Shown piece by piece: positions 1 through 8,174 of a DNA stretch of 64,000 nucleotides. The stretch comes from Spirochaetaceae bacterium (lineage in GTDB: Bacteria; Spirochaetota; Spirochaetia; DSM-27196; Alkalispirochaetaceae): positions 1,014 through 65,013 of the forward strand of contig JBKHDM010000001.1 of the NCBI GenBank assembly GCA_046541355.1, written 5' to 3'. Every line of letters begins with the position of its first letter. The first letter of the stretch is position 1. Position numbers and translations under genes: made by a program. The notes under the pieces are model-generated. The model did not search any database and was not told the DNA's origin. It saw nothing but the letters and a program-made list of their open reading frames with translations.

Positions 1-84
1 AGGTCGCAGATGTCTCAGCGTCGTCTGCGGTGGCAGGAGAGGTAAACACACTCTCCATTCTGCTCCTCCCGTCATCAACGAAAG

Positions 85-112
85 AACCCCGAGCGAGAGC
101 TCGGGTTTTTTT
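85..112 (+). terminator. Intrinsic terminator-like hairpin plus T-tract in the ribD leader (possible attenuator)
   Basis: 7-bp GC stem CCCGAGC/GCTCGGG (88-94 / 99-105) with a GAGA loop, followed by TTTTTTT (106-112). It lies 70 nt upstream of the ribD ATG. Confidence 0.6.
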
Positions 113-181
113 GTGCGATGGCGCCGACTCAAGCGGGAGCGGCGCGTCGAAGAAGAGTCTGCCCCGAACCGGGAGGCTCCT

Positions 182-1354
182 ATGTGCAACAACTGTCAAT
201 CCGGATATCTCGACGAAACCTTGCGTCTCGCCGGGATGGGTCGTGGACAGGTCTTTCCCAACCCGATGGTAGGCTCCGTGGTCCTCAAGGAAGACCGGGT
301 CGTCGGCCGCGGCTATCACCGCCGGTACGGCTCCCTCCACGCCGAGGCTGAGGCGTTGAAGGAGGCGGGAGATCGAGCGAGGGGTGGCGTTCTCTACTGC
401 AACCTCGAGCCGTGCTCCTACACAGCTCCGGAGAAACACCAGCCGCCCTGCACCGACCGGATCATCGAGGCGGGGGTCGCTCAGGTTGTCATCGGACAGC
501 TCGACCCTAATCCGCGGGTCCGAGGTCGGGGGGTGCGAAAACTGCAGGAGGCGGGAATCGAGGTTCTCCTGGAGGAGAGGCCGGAGGAGTTCCTCCGTTT
601 TAACGACGCGTTCAACACCTACATGTCTCTCCGACGGCCGTTTGTCCACCTCAAACTCGCCATGAGTCTCGACGGGCGGATTGCGACCTTTCAGGGGGAC
701 TCCAAGTGGATCAGCGACGAGGCGGCGCGACGGGAAGTACACGCCCTCAGGGCGGAGCGGGAGGCTGTAGCGGTGGGTGTTGGAACGGTTATCGCCGACG
801 ACCCGTCGCTGACAGTTCGCCTCGTCGAGGGGAGCTCACCGAAGGCGGTAATCTTCGACTCCCACCTTCGCACTCCCCCGGGCTCCACCCTCCTGCGCGA
901 GCGACCTGATCAGACGGTGATACTCGCAGCCACACCTCCCGCTGAGGACCCGGGCTTCAATCTCCGACGAGAGAAGCTCGAGTCGACAGGCGCGACGGTA
1001 CTGCTCGGCGACTCGGACCAGGGGCGGGTCGACCTCGCCTCGGCCCTGCAGAACCTCCGGGAGGCGGGAGTTCGATCCCTCCTCGTCGAAGGTGGCAGCG
1101 AGCTTGCCACCTCCTTTCTCCGCGAGGAACTTTTCGACCGACTGACCGCTTACCTCGCACCAATTGTAATCGGCAGCGGCGTCAACGGCGTAGGAAACCT
1201 CGAGGTCGACGCGGTCTGCCGGGCGCTCCGGTTTGAGGGTGTCCGGTGGCGTTCCCTTGGGGATCAGCAGGTGTTCGACGCCTACCGCCTCGGCTGGATC
1301 GACGAAGTCACCGCACCCCTGGAGGAGTACACCAATGTTTACCGGGCTAGTTGA
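182..1354 (+). CDS. ribD: Bifunctional riboflavin biosynthesis protein RibD (pyrimidine deaminase / uracil reductase)
   Basis: Part of ORF 113..1354. I chose the ATG at 182 because GGGAGG sits 5 nt upstream. The N-terminal half has cytidine-deaminase zinc motifs (HAEAEAL, LEPC...PPC). The C-terminal half is a RibD_C-like reductase (KLAMSLDGRIA, LLVEGG). Confidence 0.9.
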   Translation: MCNNCQSGYLDETLRLAGMGRGQVFPNPMVGSVVLKEDRVVGRGYHRRYGSLHAEAEALKEAGDRARGGVLYCNLEPCSYTAPEKHQPPCTDRIIEAGVAQVVIGQLDPNPRVRGRGVRKLQEAGIEVLLEERPEEFLRFNDAFNTYMSLRRPFVHLKLAMSLDGRIATFQGDSKWISDEAARREVHALRAEREAVAVGVGTVIADDPSLTVRLVEGSSPKAVIFDSHLRTPPGSTLLRERPDQTVILAATPPAEDPGFNLRREKLESTGATVLLGDSDQGRVDLASALQNLREAGVRSLLVEGGSELATSFLREELFDRLTAYLAPIVIGSGVNGVGNLEVDAVCRALRFEGVRWRSLGDQQVFDAYRLGWIDEVTAPLEEYTNVYRAS

Positions 1355-1997
1355 AGAGATAGGAACGGTGAGAGGGGTGCGCAGGAGCGGGGCGTATCAG
1401 ATGCTCGAAATCGAGGCGAACAAGATTCTTGCCGGTACCGCCGCGGGGGACTCGATCTCCATCGACGGGGCGTGCCAGACGGTAACGGCGATGACCAACG
1501 ACTCCTTCTCCGTGGAGACCTTGGCGGCGAGCCTGGAAAAGACCACCTTTGCCTCCTACCGACCGGGTCGAAAGGTGAACCTCGAGCGCGCCCTCACCCC
1601 GGACCGGAGACTCGGGGGACACTTCGTCCAGGGCCATGTTGACGGGACCGGGACGGTCGCCTCGGTGGAGGAGGACGGACGCAACGTCTACTTTGCAGTC
1701 CGTCTCACAGATGAGCTGGCGCGGTACTGTGTCAGTGAGGGCTCCATAGCCGTAGACGGGGTGAGCCTGACGATCTCGAAGATCGCGGAGAACCTGGTGA
1801 TGATCAACGTCATCCCGACGACCTGGCGGGAGACGGTACTTCGGGAACGGAAGGTAGGCGATCCGGTCAACATCGAGGTGGACATCATCGGCCGCTACGT
1901 CGCCCGAATGCTCGGCCTCGAGGGGAACCCAGATAAAAATGGTGGGCCTTCGACCCAGGGCGTCACACTCGAGAAGCTGAAAGCGTATGGATTCTAG
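1335..1997 (+). CDS. ribE: Riboflavin synthase (alpha chain)
   Basis: An internal ATG of ORF 1233..1997 gives the canonical N-terminus MFTGLVEEIGTV. There are two lumazine-binding repeats (GDSISIDGACQTV / GSIAVDGVSLTI). It overlaps the ribD end by 20 nt. Confidence 0.9.
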   Translation: MFTGLVEEIGTVRGVRRSGAYQMLEIEANKILAGTAAGDSISIDGACQTVTAMTNDSFSVETLAASLEKTTFASYRPGRKVNLERALTPDRRLGGHFVQGHVDGTGTVASVEEDGRNVYFAVRLTDELARYCVSEGSIAVDGVSLTISKIAENLVMINVIPTTWRETVLRERKVGDPVNIEVDIIGRYVARMLGLEGNPDKNGGPSTQGVTLEKLKAYGF

Positions 1998-2007
1998 GAG
2001 GAAGCAG

Positions 2008-3276
2008 ATGCGAACAGATGTAGCTGAAAAAAAGAACCGGGCAGCCGAAGGGTGGATGGACAGGATGGAACAGGCGATCGAGCACGTTCGCAAAGGGGGC
2101 ATGGTCCTCGTCCGGGACAACGAGGGGCGTGAGAACGAGGGGGACCTGGTATGCGCCGCCGAGCTGGTCACCCCGGAGACCATCGCCTTTATGGCCGTCC
2201 GCGGTCGCGGCCTCATCTGCCAGAGCATAACCGAGGAGACAGCGCGGCGTCTCCAGCTCCCTCCCCAGGCGCCGATCAATCGTGAGAGCAACAGCACCGC
2301 CTTTACCGTGAGCGTCGACGCGGCAGACGGTATTACCACCGGTATATCCGCCGCCGACCGCGCCCGGACCGCCTCGATCCTCGCAAACCCCGACGCCGAG
2401 CCGGGAGAGCTCGTCCGGCCGGGCCACCTCTTTCCTATCGTGGCAAAGCCCCGGGGTGTTTTCGAGCGGCAGGGCCACACCGAAGCCTCCGTCGACCTCG
2501 CTCGCCTCGCCGGCCTCGCACCCTCCGGAATCATCTGCGAGATTCTAAACGACGACGGCACGATGGCCCGGGGTGAGGAGCTCGAGGAACTCGCCCTGGG
2601 CTGGGATATGCCCCTTGTAACCGTCGAGGAGATCCTCGCCTACCGTGACGCCGTCGGCGATATCCCCCTCGAGGCGACAGCCCCGACCCGGTTGCCCACA
2701 GCCGAGGGCACCTTCGAGATGCGGGTTTTCAAAAGCGGCGATCCCGCGGCGGAGGAGCTTGCGGTCCTCGAGCATCGAGGCAGGCACGACGCAGAGGGTC
2801 AGGCGCCTCTGGTCCGGCTCCACTCGGAGTGCTTTACCGGAGAGTCCCTCGGCAGCGAGCGGTGCGACTGTGGGCCTCAGCTCGAGATTGCAATGAGGGA
2901 GATCGCCAGGGAGGGAGGAGCGATCGTCTATCTTCGCCAGGAGGGCCGTGGGATCGGGCTTTTCGAGAAGATCCGCGCCTACGCGCTTCAGGACGGCGGT
3001 ATGGACACCCTTGAGGCGAACCTCGCCCTCGGCCACCAGGGCGACCAACGGCGCTACGGCGCGGCGGCAAGGGTTCTCAGAGAGCGGGGCTACGATCGGG
3101 TGCGGATTATGACCAACAATCCCGAGAAAGTTGCAGCCCTCCGGCGGGCGGGGATCGAGGTGATCGAGCGTATTCCGATTTACGCCGGCCACGGGGATGA
3201 GAACGCCTTCTACATGGAGACCAAATATAAGCGAATGGGGCACATCGCCCCGGAAAGGAGCAGTTCAGATGAGTAA
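2008..3276 (+). CDS. ribBA: Bifunctional 3,4-dihydroxy-2-butanone-4-phosphate synthase / GTP cyclohydrolase II
   Basis: Part of ORF 1987..3276. The ATG at 2008 follows AGGAGG (1996-2001); 1987 and 2056 remain possible starts. The DHBP synthase half carries RENEGDLV. The GCH-II half carries [21 protein letters not shown]. Confidence 0.9.
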   Translation: MRTDVAEKKNRAAEGWMDRMEQAIEHVRKGGMVLVRDNEGRENEGDLVCAAELVTPETIAFMAVRGRGLICQSITEETARRLQLPPQAPINRESNSTAFTVSVDAADGITTGISAADRARTASILANPDAEPGELVRPGHLFPIVAKPRGVFERQGHTEASVDLARLAGLAPSGIICEILNDDGTMARGEELEELALGWDMPLVTVEEILAYRDAVGDIPLEATAPTRLPTAEGTFEMRVFKSGDPAAEELAVLEHRGRHDAEGQAPLVRLHSECFTGESLGSERCDCGPQLEIAMREIAREGGAIVYLRQEGRGIGLFEKIRAYALQDGGMDTLEANLALGHQGDQRRYGAAARVLRERGYDRVRIMTNNPEKVAALRRAGIEVIERIPIYAGHGDENAFYMETKYKRMGHIAPERSSSDE

Positions 3277-3745
3277 CTACAAGAGTATCGAAGGGGTGCT
3301 GAGGGGCGATGGTCGCAGTTTCGCGGTGGTCGTCGGTCGCTTCAACTCCTTTATCACCGAGCGCCTGCTCGAGGGCGCGATGGACTGTCTTGTACGACAC
3401 GGCGTTTCGCAGGAGTCGGTCACGGTTATCCGGGTGCCCGGGTCCTGGGAGATCCCCCTCGCTGCCAGGCGCGTGGCAACTTCACGCTCTTTTGACGGGG
3501 TGATCTGTCTCGGCGCGGTGATCCGTGGAGGAACCCCCCACTTTGACTACGTCGCCGCGGAGGTAAGCAAGGGTGTCGCCGCAGTCGGTCTCGAAAGCGG
3601 CGTGCCTGTTACCTTCGGTGTCCTGACCACCGATACGATCGAGCAGGCTGTTGAGCGGGCAGGAACCAAGGCGGGAAACAAAGGGTGGGAGGCGGCGCAG
3701 AGCGCTCTCGAGATGGTCGACCTGATGGGTCAGTTGCCGGGATAG
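3269..3745 (+). CDS. ribH: 6,7-dimethyl-8-ribityllumazine synthase
   Basis: An internal ATG at 3269 in ORF 3197..3745 is preceded by GGAAAGGAG. The sequence [20 protein letters not shown]...[19 protein letters not shown] is typical of RibH. It overlaps the ribBA stop. Confidence 0.9.
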   Translation: MSNYKSIEGVLRGDGRSFAVVVGRFNSFITERLLEGAMDCLVRHGVSQESVTVIRVPGSWEIPLAARRVATSRSFDGVICLGAVIRGGTPHFDYVAAEVSKGVAAVGLESGVPVTFGVLTTDTIEQAVERAGTKAGNKGWEAAQSALEMVDLMGQLPG

Positions 3746-3780
3746 GCTGATCCTGCGCCCGCCCCGGGATTGCATCTGTT

Positions 3781-4179
3781 TCAGGAGGCGTGGGCCGCCC
3801 TTCTGCGCATCCGATCGCGCAGGTTGAGAGCGAGTGAGACCCCGAGGGCAAGAAAGAAGAGGATCCCCGTCCACAGCTCCACCTGCGGCCCCGGGACCCG
3901 CAACCCGAAAAGCCTCTGAAGCACGTAGGTAATGTAGCTGCGGGGAAGCCCCTGTTCCCCGAGGAGGTGGAGCACCTGCCAGTGCCAGTCAGTGAGAGGG
4001 CAGTAGCCGATTCCGTAAAAGAGACCCAGGATAAACCAGGATGCCCCGGTGAGAAGAAGGGTGACCAGGTTCGCCCGGCGGGTCGCCCCCCAGATCCAGC
4101 CGATCAGGTTGAAGAGGGTGAGCCCGCCGTGAAAGAGGAGCAGGGCGATATCCGCGGCCTGCAGTAAAACCATCACCAC
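3781..4179 (-). CDS. Small 4-TM membrane protein (DUF2784-like)
   Basis: 132-aa ORF with four hydrophobic segments and a CPLTDWHW motif that I associate with the DUF2784 family. Confidence 0.6.
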   Translation of the reverse strand: MVMVLLQAADIALLLFHGGLTLFNLIGWIWGATRRANLVTLLLTGASWFILGLFYGIGYCPLTDWHWQVLHLLGEQGLPRSYITYVLQRLFGLRVPGPQVELWTGILFFLALGVSLALNLRDRMRRRAAHAS

Positions 4180-4281
4180 CTCGGACGCTCCTTCGGGAAG
4201 CGATCCCGGTTGAGCTCGATGAGCCCCGGGCGTTGGCCGAGCACCTCGTATGTGGGAATCGGATCAGGAGCACCGTTCAAG

Positions 4282-5310
4282 CTACTCCGCCTCGCTGTGC
4301 CGGGGCAGCTCTTCGATGTCCCGCTCAAAATCTATCTCACCCTCCCCGGGCAGGACCGCCACAATGTAGCGCTCCGGGTTGTGGAGCTGGACGTAGCGTC
4401 CCTGGGCGCGCAGGGCGTAGCGACTCTCTATCGGCCGGTGGCCTCCGAACAGGTAGGTATCTCCACGGTCGGGACCAAAAAAGAAGCGCAGGGTCTGGGC
4501 CACACTGTCTGGTTCCGCCTGGCCGTTTGCCGTCCAGGTGAGACCGGCGACGACCTCCTCGGAGGTCGCACCGTTGACAATCTCTCCCGGCTCAAAGGGG
4601 CGGACCGGCTCGGCGTGACTCACGAGAAACCTGTTACCCACCGCCATCAAGGGGAGGCTCTTTTCAAATCGGTAGATCGAAGAGACCGGTGCGCCCGGGT
4701 AGAAGCGGTCCATATAGTCCGCCACCATCGCTCCTTCCTCTACGAACTTTCTAAACGGGTAGTTTCCTTCCCTGTACTCATTGGCGATGTTCTCATGATT
4801 TCCCTTTAATCCGTGGACCATCCCGGGAAAGGAGTCCTTGAGGCTCGCCACCATCATGAGTACCCCGAGACTTTCGGTCATCTCCCCGTCGCCGGCGGCC
4901 CTCCGCCTGTAACCACCCTTGTACTCCTCGTACGCCTCAAACCAGCGATCCATCGCCCTCGCCTCACCGTGGACGTAGTCGCCTACAAAGACAAGCTGCG
5001 CCTCCGCCGCCGCGAGGGCGTCGATGAGTCGCATATCAACACCCCAGGGTTTGAGAGAGAACTCCATCAGGGAGATGATGAACCCTCGACGGCCGTGCAG
5101 GTCCGGGACCACTACCGTCGGGATGTCCCGGACAAGGTACACGAGCCCTCCGGGATGCCCCGCCTCGTCGGGAGGACGCACGCTCTGCCCCTGCTCCGCC
5201 ATAGCCGCAGTCGCCGCCTCCATTGTCTCGCAGAGCGTAGCGGCGTCGGGAGGAGAGCTCATCGAGGCGAGACGGTGGAGTCGCTGTTCGAGATCCCCCA
5301 GGGTGGACAT
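4282..5310 (-). CDS. PPP-family metallophosphoesterase (Ser/Thr phosphatase-like)
   Basis: 342-aa ORF carrying the motif series VVPDLHGR, GDYVHGE and GNHEN, characteristic of calcineurin-like/PPP phosphoesterases. Confidence 0.75.
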   Translation of the reverse strand: MSTLGDLEQRLHRLASMSSPPDAATLCETMEAATAAMAEQGQSVRPPDEAGHPGGLVYLVRDIPTVVVPDLHGRRGFIISLMEFSLKPWGVDMRLIDALAAAEAQLVFVGDYVHGEARAMDRWFEAYEEYKGGYRRRAAGDGEMTESLGVLMMVASLKDSFPGMVHGLKGNHENIANEYREGNYPFRKFVEEGAMVADYMDRFYPGAPVSSIYRFEKSLPLMAVGNRFLVSHAEPVRPFEPGEIVNGATSEEVVAGLTWTANGQAEPDSVAQTLRFFFGPDRGDTYLFGGHRPIESRYALRAQGRYVQLHNPERYIVAVLPGEGEIDFERDIEELPRHSEAE

Positions 5311-5320
5311 CAGACGCTCA

Positions 5321-5401
5321 TTACCCTCCGGTTACCGTCGCGGAACTCCCGGGCAGATGATCCCGCCGACCCCTGGACACTCTCTCCGGCAATTCTGCCA
5401 T
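5321..5401 (-). CDS. Candidate 26-codon leader ORF upstream of the metallophosphoesterase
   Basis: ATG at 5399-5401 (minus strand) sits 7 nt after AAAGGAG. It translates to MAELPERVSRGRRDHLPGSSATVTGG and its TAA is at 5321-5323, 10 nt before the phosphatase ATG. There is no homology evidence, so this is speculative. Confidence 0.2.
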   Translation of the reverse strand: MAELPERVSRGRRDHLPGSSATVTGG

Positions 5402-5434
5402 GGTGACGCTCCTTTTTCCGGCGTGCTACCTTCA

Positions 5435-5463
5435 AATCTATGGCTCCGAGGAGCAAATTCCAA
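5435..5463 (-). promoter_or_regulatory. Sigma70-like promoter candidate for the leader ORF / phosphatase
   Basis: On the minus strand: TTGGAA (5463-5458), a 17-nt spacer, then TAGATT (5440-5435). Confidence 0.3.
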
Positions 5464-5502
5464 CTCCCCGGGGTGCGCCCGGGCGGTAGCGGAGGCGTGA
5501 GC

Positions 5503-6117
5503 TCAGGCGGAGACCGCCTCATTCTCGAGATCCGGGGCGAGGCGGTTGTACCAGAGCACCTGCCACCCCTCATCCCGACCGACGAGACTCATCGAGAGGT
5601 TTCTCAGCGCCGGCTTCCCCGGCCGCAGCTTGCCTGAACTAAGCTCCGAGAGGACCGATATGATAAGCCCGCCGTGACTTACCACCAGGACCCGCTCGTT
5701 CCGGTGGCGCTCGGCGAGTTCCTCGAGGACCGCCAGACCCCGGAGCCGGACGTTCTCCCAGCTCTCGGAGCCGGGTATGGACTCGCTGTCCCGGTAACGG
5801 CTCTTGCGCTCCACCACGTCGAGCCCTTCGGCCTCACCGAACCCGCGCTCCCGGAGCCGGGGCTCGAGAGCTACCTCCAGGGAAGCGGCAGCTCCGGGGT
5901 GTTCCCTCAGGGCGGCGGCTATGATGGTCGCCGTCTCCCTCGCCCGGGAGAGGTCGCTCGAGTAGACCGCGTCCCACCGCTCTTGGCGGATATAGCTGCC
6001 GGTAATCCTCGCCTGTTCCCGGCCGAGGGCGTTGAGGGGTATGTCCGTGGCGCCCTGGGTGAGGCCTTTCAAGTTCCAGTCCGTTTCGCCGTGTCGGATG
6101 AGGCAGAGTTCCGTCAT
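5503..6117 (-). CDS. Histidine phosphatase family protein (phosphoglycerate mutase-like)
   Basis: An internal ATG at 6117 in ORF 5503..6453 gives MTELCLIRHGETDWN, the RHGE catalytic motif. The longer N-terminal extension looks non-coding. Confidence 0.85.
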   Translation of the reverse strand: MTELCLIRHGETDWNLKGLTQGATDIPLNALGREQARITGSYIRQERWDAVYSSDLSRARETATIIAAALREHPGAAASLEVALEPRLRERGFGEAEGLDVVERKSRYRDSESIPGSESWENVRLRGLAVLEELAERHRNERVLVVSHGGLIISVLSELSSGKLRPGKPALRNLSMSLVGRDEGWQVLWYNRLAPDLENEAVSA

Positions 6118-6207
6118 TGACCAGAGGCTACCCAATTCGGCGTGCCCAGGCAAGGGGGTTTGACAGCTCCCTGTGGATGGGGATAGGTAGAAGGAAGGGG
6201 GAAGAGC

Positions 6208-6741
6208 ATGAAACAGACAATCCATGGGGTTACAATCGAACTGGTACAAGGGGACATAACAAAGCAACCGGACCTCGATGCCGTGGTAAACGCGGCCAAC
6301 GGCTGGTTGACCAGCGGCGGTGGGGTCGCAGGCGCCATCCATCGCGCCGCGGGTCCCGGCCTCGCCGAGGAGTGCGCGCCCCTCGCGCCAATCTCCCCGG
6401 GGGAGGCGGTTATCACCTCCGGCCACAATCTGGCAAATCCCTACGTCATACATACCCTCGGCCCGGTCTACGGAAAGGACAAACCCGAAGCGGAGATCCT
6501 CTCAAGGTGCTACCGTAACTGCCTGAGACGGGGTGAGGAGAAAAACATAACGTCCCTCGGGTTTCCGGCGATCTCCACCGGGGTCTTCGGCTACCCCGCC
6601 GAGAAGGCCGCCCGGGAGGCGATCGCGACGCTCCTCGCCGAGGCCGAGGGATTACAAACCATTACGCTTATCCGCTTCGTGCTTTTTTCTGATGAGGATC
6701 TGCGGGTCCATGAGGAAGCTCTCGAAGGAGAGCTCTCCTGA
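6208..6741 (+). CDS. Macro domain protein (O-acetyl-ADP-ribose deacetylase / ADP-ribose-binding)
   Basis: 177 aa. VQGDITKQPDLDAVVNAANGWLTSGGGVAGAIHRAAG and SLGFPAISTGVFGYP are canonical macro-domain motifs. Confidence 0.85.
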   Translation: MKQTIHGVTIELVQGDITKQPDLDAVVNAANGWLTSGGGVAGAIHRAAGPGLAEECAPLAPISPGEAVITSGHNLANPYVIHTLGPVYGKDKPEAEILSRCYRNCLRRGEEKNITSLGFPAISTGVFGYPAEKAAREAIATLLAEAEGLQTITLIRFVLFSDEDLRVHEEALEGELS

Positions 6742-6747
6742 ACACGG

Positions 6748-7248
6748 TTACAGGAGCTTTCCGAGCTCCTCGTCGAGCTGCTCGGCACCGGCGAAGCTGC
6801 CGGGGGGAGCGGTGTGGAGGGTGTAGGCCATTTCGACGCTGCCCCCGTTCTTCTCGATTATCCGGGACATCCGATCCTGAACCTTCCGGCTCCCCTGTCC
6901 GCTCGGGTCCGCCTGCAGGGTGACTACGTAGACCTGCTTACGGGCAAAGTCGAGCTTCTGCATAACCGCGTGCATCGCCGGAGCGATCTGCCCCGCCCAG
7001 ATCGGCGTGAGGAGGTAGAGCGTGGCGTACGGTTTCGCCTCTACCCAGGGCTTACCAACCACCGGAGAGGGTCGGGTTGTAGCCGCCCGGAATCCCCCGC
7101 GGATAAAGCCGAGGAGTCCCTTCATCGGCTTCTCCTCCTCGATCTCGATTACCGCCGCGTGGAGTCGGCGGGCGAGACCATTGGCTATGTAGCGGGTGTT
7201 GCCGTAGGCGCTGTAGAAGAGAACCGCGGTTCGGTTTGCGTCTGCCAC
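6748..7248 (-). CDS. Flavodoxin-like fold protein
   Basis: 166 aa. The N-terminal VLFYSAYGNTRYIA matches the flavodoxin-type phosphate loop. Confidence 0.65.
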   Translation of the reverse strand: MADANRTAVLFYSAYGNTRYIANGLARRLHAAVIEIEEEKPMKGLLGFIRGGFRAATTRPSPVVGKPWVEAKPYATLYLLTPIWAGQIAPAMHAVMQKLDFARKQVYVVTLQADPSGQGSRKVQDRMSRIIEKNGGSVEMAYTLHTAPPGSFAGAEQLDEELGKLL

Positions 7249-7355
7249 ACAGAAAGGGTACTACTAAGTTGCTGCGCTGTCACTGCCAATCTTTCGCCCC
7301 CTGACCCTACCCGGTTGATACCCTCGCGGCGCCTTCGATACACTTTCACTCGACC

Positions 7356-8171
7356 ATGGCCCGGCGAGCGAAAGACCACTACGACACCCTCGGCGTTCCC
7401 CGCAACGCAGACGGCGAGACAATAAGAAAGGCGTACCGCAAGAAAGCGAAGCAGCACCATCCCGACGCCGGCACCGGGGCGGACCCGGCGGCGTTTCAGG
7501 CAGCCCAGGCCGCCTACGAGGAGCTGAAGGACCCGGATCGAAGGCGCGCCTACGACCTGGAACTGCGCCGCCGGGAGGCGCGCCCGGATGCGGCAAGGGG
7601 CGGCACGGGGTTTGACTCGCCCCACGCCGGGCAGAACCCCTTCACCTCTCCCTTCGGCACCGACACCGGTCGCAGAGAGTCTGCCCGCCCGGGCCGGCCC
7701 GGAGGGTCCAAGGGAGGGCCCGCAGGGCGCGGCGGGCGCGGCGGACCCGGCTCTTTCGCAGGCGGGGGATCAGGCGGTCGGGGGATGGAGGAGCTGTTCA
7801 ACCAGGAGGACAAGCTTTTTGGAAGCATCCTCCGGGAGCTGTTCGGCGAGGGCGCGGAAGCTCGTCCCGGGGGTGGCACCAGCGGTTTCGGCGGCTTCGG
7901 CGACATGTTCAGCGACCCTGAGGGGCAGCGACCGTTCGGCCCGCCCCGGGGCGGCCACAGACACCTGCGGGATATGGAGCCTATGAGTGTGGTGGTTCAC
8001 CTCTCTCCCGACGAGTCCTACACCGGCGGCACCGTATCCGTCGACCTCGGCGCGGGACGGTCGATCCTCGCGTCGATACCACCGGGTGTCCGGGACGGGC
8101 AGGTGGTCCGTTCGGAGTTCGTCGACCGTGAGGGGCCCCGGGAGCTGAAACTCCACATCCGGATTATCTGA
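7356..8171 (+). CDS. J-domain protein (DnaJ/CbpA-like, no zinc-finger domain)
   Basis: J domain DHYDTLGVPRNADGETIRKAYRKKAKQHHPD, followed by a Gly-rich linker and a short DnaJ-C-like tail. Confidence 0.8.
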   Translation: MARRAKDHYDTLGVPRNADGETIRKAYRKKAKQHHPDAGTGADPAAFQAAQAAYEELKDPDRRRAYDLELRRREARPDAARGGTGFDSPHAGQNPFTSPFGTDTGRRESARPGRPGGSKGGPAGRGGRGGPGSFAGGGSGGRGMEELFNQEDKLFGSILRELFGEGAEARPGGGTSGFGGFGDMFSDPEGQRPFGPPRGGHRHLRDMEPMSVVVHLSPDESYTGGTVSVDLGAGRSILASIPPGVRDGQVVRSEFVDREGPRELKLHIRII

Positions 8172-8174
8172 GTC

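Noticed and set aside
1347-2561. 404-aa ORF on the minus strand across ribE/ribBA
   Set aside because: It is antisense to two genes with unmistakable riboflavin-enzyme motifs. The translation is Arg/Pro/Ser-rich and low in complexity, as expected for shadow ORFs in GC-rich DNA.
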